Below are positions 25,089 through 29,660 of a stretch of DNA of 29,660 bases, piece by piece. The notes beneath the pieces were generated by a model, which was given only the letters and a program-made list of their open reading frames with translations, was not told the origin of the DNA and searched no databases. The position numbers and the translations under genes were made by a program. The DNA comes from an uncultured Acidobacteriota bacterium. Its GTDB lineage: Bacteria; Actinomycetota; Acidimicrobiia; Spongiisociales; ZC4RG35. The stretch is taken from positions 1 through 29,660 of the forward strand of contig CAWHEU010000008.1 in the NCBI GenBank assembly GCA_963828465.1. The letters are read 5' to 3'. Positions within the stretch are counted from its first letter, which is position 1. Each line of letters opens with the position of its first letter.

Positions 25089-25900
25089 GCCAGCTGATGA
25101 CCGCACTGGGCGACGGCGCCGTCGTAGCCAAGCGAAATGTGATCAAGATCAAAAGGGTCCCCGAGATCCTGGTGTTCGTCCTGTTATCACCGATCATGTT
25201 CGTGTTGCTGTTCGCCTTCGTGTTCGGTGGCGCCATCGAGGTGGCCAGCGGGGCGGCGGCGGAGGTCTATCGCGAGTTCCTGATTGCCGGCATCCTGGCC
25301 CAGACCGTGATATTCGGGGCGACCTTCACCGGCGCCGGGCTGGCCGACGACATGCAGAAGGGCATCATCGACCGGTTCCGCTCGCTCCCCATGGCGAGAT
25401 CAGCGGTCCTCGTCGGTCGGACATCCAGCGATGTCGTCTACAACGCCCTCTCGGTGGCAATCATGGCCCTCACCGGCCTGCTGGTCGGATGGGCGATCCG
25501 GACGTCCTTCCTCGAGGCCGCGATGGGATTTGGCCTTTTGCTCCTTTTCGCATACGCCTTCTCCTGGGTGATGGCATATGTCGGGCTGCTGGTGCCGAGC
25601 GTCGAGGTGATCAACAACGCCTCGTTCATGGTGATCTTCCCTATCACGTTCGTATCCAATGCCTTCGTTCCGCTCGAGAGCTTGCCTGCACCTCTGCAGA
25701 CCTTTGCCGAATGGAACCCGGTGTCGTCGTTGACCCAGGCTGTGCGTGAACTGTTCGGGAACATTCCGGCCGGCGCTCCCGAGCCCACTGCCTGGCCATT
25801 GCAAAACCCGATCATCTACACCCTGATCTGGATCGTGATCATCATGGCCATCTTCGTCCCCATCTCGATCAGGCAGTACAGGCGGGCCGCTCGCCGCTGA
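25085..25900 (+). CDS. ABC-2 type permease (DrrB-like)
   Basis: PIMFVLLFAFVFGGAI, DMQKGIIDRFRSLPMARSAVLVGR, WNPVS; ATGA overlap with the ATPase gene. Confidence 0.93.
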   Translation: MSQLMTALGDGAVVAKRNVIKIKRVPEILVFVLLSPIMFVLLFAFVFGGAIEVASGAAAEVYREFLIAGILAQTVIFGATFTGAGLADDMQKGIIDRFRSLPMARSAVLVGRTSSDVVYNALSVAIMALTGLLVGWAIRTSFLEAAMGFGLLLLFAYAFSWVMAYVGLLVPSVEVINNASFMVIFPITFVSNAFVPLESLPAPLQTFAEWNPVSSLTQAVRELFGNIPAGAPEPTAWPLQNPIIYTLIWIVIIMAIFVPISIRQYRRAARR

Positions 25901-25928
25901 AGCTCTCGCAGGCCAGGTCCCTCCATGG

Positions 25929-25959
25929 GTCAACACCCGGTCACCGGCCGGGTGTTGAC
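25929..25959. terminator. Strong hairpin downstream of the ABC operon
   Basis: GTCAACACCCGG-N7-CCGGGTGTTGAC, a perfect 12-bp stem with only a weak U tract. Confidence 0.55.
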
Positions 25960-25997
25960 TCTGGGTTTGAATCGACTGGATCGAGACAGGAGTCGAC

Positions 25998-26225
25998 ATG
26001 GCGGATGACGGGGCGATGGAACTCAAGCTCAATGAGCTTGTGGCAGCGACAAAGGGCGCTAGCAATCGTCTCATAGACGTCCAGGCACTCAGCGTGGACG
26101 ACCTCGATGTCCTCCACGGTTACTACCGACAACTCGTCGAGCTTTCGCAGCGTGATCACGACCTCACGGAATCGCATTCCCTCGAGCAAGCGGAGCGGCT
26201 CCACGGCGAAACGAGTGGCGGGTGA
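25998..26225 (+). pseudogene. C-terminal fragment of a low-affinity iron permease (Fet4-like) family protein
   Basis: AMELKLNELVAATKGASNRLIDVQALSVDDLDVLH...LTESHSLEQAE matches the soluble C-terminal half of this family. The transmembrane N-half is missing. AGGAG precedes ATG 25998. Confidence 0.65.
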
Positions 26226-27349
26226 CGTCGCAGAGCACCGCAGAAGTGATCCTCGCCGCGATCACAGAAGCGGTAGCGCCAGGCAGGTCTCTGAAGGATG
26301 TCCTCACCAAGCTGGCGGAGACCGCCAAACAGATCTCCGGCGCCTCCTTCGCGGCAATCGGGATCCCCGAACCGGACGGTGATGCCTTCTCCGCCTTCAT
26401 CCACGTCGGCATGAGCGACGAGCTCGTTGCCGAGATGGGCCCGTTGCCACGGACTCACGGAATGCTCGATGCCATGCTCCACGACCCGGAGCCCTTACGT
26501 CTCCCCGATATCAAGAAGGACCGTCGCTTCCGGGGTTGGTGGCCGCGGGCGCACCCTCTGATGAGCTCGTTCCTCGGCGTCCCGATCGTGAGCGACGGCG
26601 AGGTGATCGGCGCGTTCTATCTGACCGACAAGGTGGCGGCTGCCGAGTTCACCGATGATGACCAGGCCGGCATCGTGCTCCTCGCCTCTCATGCCGCCGC
26701 CGCCATCGAGGCTGCCGGGATGTTCGAGGACTCGCGAACACTCGCCATGTCAGAGGAGCGTGAGCGCTTGGCCCGCGAGCTGCACGATGCCCTGAACCAG
26801 TCTTTGTTCAGCCTCACCCTCACCGCCAAGGCGGCCTCGAGACATCTCGCCACGGACCCGGACCGGGCGGCGCAAGAGCTGAATGAGATCGCCTCGCTCT
26901 CGAGGCAGGCGATGGCCGAGTTGCGAGCGGTGGTCGAAGGATTGAGAACCCCCGATGTCGAACGTGACGGCCTGCTCCCGGCGATACGAAGCCTGGCCGA
27001 TCTACTAAGCCGGGTGCATCACATCGATATCGAGGTGGTCGCCGATGGTGAGCCGGACCTGGAGGGGCGCGCCGAGCACGAAGTTTTCCGGATTATCCAG
27101 GAAGCCCTCACGAACGCCGTTCGGCATTCCCGAGCAGGCCAGGTGACCGTGTCGGTGGCGAACGGCAATGGGCTCGCCGTGACGATCAGTGACGATGGGC
27201 AGGGCTTCGAGCCCGACGCCCGCCTGAACCGCGGTCGGCGACTCGGCCTCACCTCGATGCGGGAACGTGCTTCGGTCATCGGGGGCCGATTGACCATCGC
27301 CTCCTCGCCCGGAGAGGGAGCGACCGTTCGCCTCGAGGTTCCGACTTGA
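26222..27349 (+). CDS. Soluble GAF-domain sensor histidine kinase (HisKA_3 plus HATPase)
   Basis: GAF PLRLPDI...WPRAHPLMSSFLGVPI, H-box ERERLARELHDALNQSL, N-box QEALTNAVRHS, DDGQGF, GLTSMRERA. Confidence 0.95.
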   Translation: MTSQSTAEVILAAITEAVAPGRSLKDVLTKLAETAKQISGASFAAIGIPEPDGDAFSAFIHVGMSDELVAEMGPLPRTHGMLDAMLHDPEPLRLPDIKKDRRFRGWWPRAHPLMSSFLGVPIVSDGEVIGAFYLTDKVAAAEFTDDDQAGIVLLASHAAAAIEAAGMFEDSRTLAMSEERERLARELHDALNQSLFSLTLTAKAASRHLATDPDRAAQELNEIASLSRQAMAELRAVVEGLRTPDVERDGLLPAIRSLADLLSRVHHIDIEVVADGEPDLEGRAEHEVFRIIQEALTNAVRHSRAGQVTVSVANGNGLAVTISDDGQGFEPDARLNRGRRLGLTSMRERASVIGGRLTIASSPGEGATVRLEVPT

Positions 27350-27990
27350 GCCAGACGGTCAGGGTCATGATCGTGGACGACCACCCTGTCGTCCGCAAGG
27401 GGCTCCGCGCATTTCTGGAGACACAACCGGGAATGGAAGTAGTCGGTGAGGCAGCCGACGGCAAGGAAGCCATGCGTCAGCTGGCCACCGGTGAGCCCGA
27501 TCTGGTCCTGCTCGATCTGCACCTGCCCGACACTTCAGGGTCAGAGTTGATCCCGGAGATGAGAAAGTGGAATCCCGACGTGAAGGTCCTCGTTCTCACG
27601 GGTTTTGCCGACCGGCGCGAGGTGGTCCCTGCGATCCGGGCCGGCGCCGACGGCTATCTGCTCAAGGACACCGATCCCGACCAGCTCGCCGACGCCATCA
27701 GGGAGCTGGCCAGTGGCAGGACCGTCTATGCCCAGGAGGCGGCGGCCGCTCTTTCTGCCTTCGTTTCGGGCGGCGATCCTCATGAGGCATTGACCGGCCT
27801 CACCGCAAGGGAGCGTGAGGTGCTGGCGGGTCTCGGTCAGGGTTGGTCCAACGCTCGTCTTGCCGAGGAGCTCTTCGTATCGGAGAAGACGGTCAAGACC
27901 CACGTGTCAGCCGTTCTGCGAAAGCTAGGGCTCGACGACCGCACCCAGGCCGCGCTGTTTGCCGTCAAGAGTGGGCTGGTCGAGGAATGA
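27346..27990 (+). CDS. NarL/LuxR family response regulator
   Basis: IVDDHPVVR, LVLLDL, GYLLKD receiver motifs and LTAREREVL...SEKTVKTHVSAVLRKLG HTH; TTG start overlaps the kinase stop. Confidence 0.96.
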   Translation: MSQTVRVMIVDDHPVVRKGLRAFLETQPGMEVVGEAADGKEAMRQLATGEPDLVLLDLHLPDTSGSELIPEMRKWNPDVKVLVLTGFADRREVVPAIRAGADGYLLKDTDPDQLADAIRELASGRTVYAQEAAAALSAFVSGGDPHEALTGLTAREREVLAGLGQGWSNARLAEELFVSEKTVKTHVSAVLRKLGLDDRTQAALFAVKSGLVEE

Positions 27991-27994
27991 TCCT

Positions 27995-28062
27995 CTCCGT
28001 CCCGGGACGGAGGGGGAATCGGGCCAGGGACCGATGCGAGGAGACAGGTCCGGCCGTAGCTT
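27995..28062 (+). promoter_or_regulatory. Two 18-bp palindromic boxes plus a -10 for a leaderless SDR transcript
   Basis: Perfect palindrome CTCCGTCCCGGGACGGAG (27995-28012), imperfect ATCGGGCCAGGGACCGAT (28018-28035), and TAGCTT (28057-28062) 6 nt before ATG 28069. Confidence 0.6.
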
Positions 28063-28068
28063 GGGGGC

Positions 28069-28776
28069 ATGAGCACAGCCATCGTCACCGGGGCGTCTCT
28101 TGGATTCGGGCGTGCGCTGGCCATCGGGCTGGCACGCTCCGGTTGGAATCTCGTGATCGACGCTCGGGATGGGTCCGACCTCGAATCTGCATCGGGAGCC
28201 ATCGACGACGCCGGGACTGGTGACGTCGTCGCGATCCCCGGTGATGTCACGGATCCTCGGCACGCCACGCTTCTGGTAGATGCCGCGATCGAGGCAGGCG
28301 GCTTCTCTTTGCTGGTCAACAACGCCAGCTTTCTCGGGCCCAGCCCGCAGCCAACGGTGAGCGAATACCCGCTCGATGTCCTCCAAGAGGTACTGGCCAC
28401 CAATCTCGTGGCGCCGCTCCGGTTGATTCAGCTCTCCCTGCCCCACCTTCGTGCGGCGGGTGGGACAGTGGTGAACGTCACCTCCGATGCCGCCGTCGAG
28501 GGTTATGAGGGATGGGGAGGATATGGGTCTTCGAAAGCCGGCCTCGAACAGCTCTCCAACGTCCTGGCCGTCGAAGAGCCGGACATCACCGTCTACTGGC
28601 TCGACCCTGGCGACATGAACACCAGGATGCACCAGGAAGCCTTCCCGGATGAAGACATCTCGGACCGGCCCCTCCCCGAGACCAGGGTGCCGGCGCTCAT
28701 TCGCCTCCTCGAAGAGCACTATCCCAGCGGCCGCTACCAGGCCGAAGACCTGTTGGCCAAGGAGACCAGCCAGTGA
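28069..28776 (+). CDS. Short-chain dehydrogenase/reductase
   Basis: TGASLGFG, LVNNAS, catalytic Ser (VTSD) and YGSSK, DPGDMNT. Confidence 0.95.
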   Translation: MSTAIVTGASLGFGRALAIGLARSGWNLVIDARDGSDLESASGAIDDAGTGDVVAIPGDVTDPRHATLLVDAAIEAGGFSLLVNNASFLGPSPQPTVSEYPLDVLQEVLATNLVAPLRLIQLSLPHLRAAGGTVVNVTSDAAVEGYEGWGGYGSSKAGLEQLSNVLAVEEPDITVYWLDPGDMNTRMHQEAFPDEDISDRPLPETRVPALIRLLEEHYPSGRYQAEDLLAKETSQ

Positions 28777-29660
28777 CTGCAGCGGCGACACTGAGATCGG
28801 CCGACCTCCTGGACGAATTCGTCCTCCCACTCGAGTTGAAGGCAACCAGACCGCCCGAGAGCCGCGGTATCCGACGAGATCAGGTCCGACTCATGGTGAC
28901 TGGCGCCAACGGCATCAGACATCGCGTCTTTCACGACCTGGCGACCGAGCTGCGGCCCGGAGATCTCGTGGTGGTGAACAACTCGGCAACATTGCCGGCG
29001 TCGGTGGTCATCGACGGCGACCTGGTGGTCCACTTCTCGACGATGCTCCCGGGCGGTCTCCATGTCGTCGAGTTGCGAACACTGGCTGGCGCAAACTCAC
29101 TCCCTCACGAGCATCCGCGTGCGGGCATGCTGCGGCTCCCCGGGGGCGGGATGATCGAGCTGCTCACCCCCTACCCGGAGGATGCCCCGAGCCGTCGGCT
29201 CTGGGTGGCCAGAGCCGACCTGGGACGTCCCCTGATCGAGTATCTCGAGACCTGGGGGCGGCCCATTCGCTATCAGCACACCGATGGTCCCTATCCGCTG
29301 GATGCCTACCAGACGATCTTCGCCCGGGTTCCGGGCTCCGCCGAGATGCCAAGTGCCGGGAGGCCCTTCACCGACCGCCTCCTGACGGCGCTGGCGGCAA
29401 CCGGGACCACCGTCGCCCCGGTGACCCTTCACACCGGTGTCTCCTCACTCGAAGCGGGTGAGCTGCCGTACCCGGAATGGTTCGAAGTCCCGGAACCGAC
29501 GGCGGCTCTGGTCAATCACACCCGGGCAAACGGTGGTCGGGTGGTAGCCGTCGGCACCACGGTGGTCCGCGCCTTGGAGACGACTGTGGACTCGAGAGGC
29601 ATCTCACACCCCGGGCGCACGTGGACCGATCTCGTCATTGGATCCCATCACGAGCTCGGT
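28773..29660 (+). CDS. QueA-like protein (SAM:tRNA ribosyltransferase-isomerase fold, divergent paralogue); runs off the 3' end of the window
   Basis: Missing from the ORF track because it has no stop in the window. My translation from GTG 28773: FVLPLELKATRPPESRG..RDQVRLMV...LRPGDLVVVNNSATLPA...YQTIFARVPGSAEMPSAGRPFT...VTLHTG...VVAVGTTVVRALE. Confidence 0.9.
   Translation, partial: MTAAATLRSADLLDEFVLPLELKATRPPESRGIRRDQVRLMVTGANGIRHRVFHDLATELRPGDLVVVNNSATLPASVVIDGDLVVHFSTMLPGGLHVVELRTLAGANSLPHEHPRAGMLRLPGGGMIELLTPYPEDAPSRRLWVARADLGRPLIEYLETWGRPIRYQHTDGPYPLDAYQTIFARVPGSAEMPSAGRPFTDRLLTALAATGTTVAPVTLHTGVSSLEAGELPYPEWFEVPEPTAALVNHTRANGGRVVAVGTTVVRALETTVDSRGISHPGRTWTDLVIGSHHELG

Noticed and set aside
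27995-28012. The palindrome as a fourth repeat copy, a terminator or a DosR box
   Set aside because: It lacks the TACCGGCGMAGCC core and a U tract, and its GTCCC/GGGAC halves are in the opposite order to the DosR consensus. It fits better as one of a pair of operator boxes.
28649-29461. 270-aa plus-strand ORF from the track as the last gene
   Set aside because: It is an Arg/Pro-rich off-frame ORF. The real gene is the QueA-like frame from 28773, open to the window end.

Overview
A GC-rich, densely coding bacterial window, most likely an actinobacterium; Acidimicrobiia-like is an inference from gene content and frequent leaderless TANNNT promoters. It holds about 30 genes and no rRNA, tRNA, CRISPR array or transposase that I can see. 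Content in order: a GH15 hydrolase and glucose dehydrogenase pair, a heterodimeric ABC exporter, gluconolactonase, a dienelactone hydrolase homologue, an MFS transporter, an ECF sigma factor coupled to an Ogt-Ada(Zn) fusion, transketolase, an FAD oxidoreductase, a VOC gene, a SigG-like ECF sigma (frameshifted) with an antisense-overlapping STAS gene, a second FAD oxidoreductase, an internally deleted alkaline phosphatase, a second dienelactone hydrolase, an AlkZ-like glycosylase, two tandem kinase-less membrane sensor paralogues, a DrrAB-type ABC system (frameshifted), and a GAF kinase/LuxR/SDR/QueA-like cluster. The strongest leads are: (1) the ECF sigma plus Ogt-Ada module as a candidate non-AraC alkylation response; (2) a three-promoter GAT(G/C)A-N18-GTC regulon around the SigG-like sigma, which includes its antisense STAS gene; (3) a 45-bp double-hairpin repeat in three copies, two of them translated as C-terminal tails; (4) a DosS-like GAF two-component system with paired operator boxes in front of a divergent QueA paralogue operon; (5) a 300-bp intergenic region stacked with regulatory signals and a possible small RNA. 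All family calls come from motif recognition by eye, with no database search.
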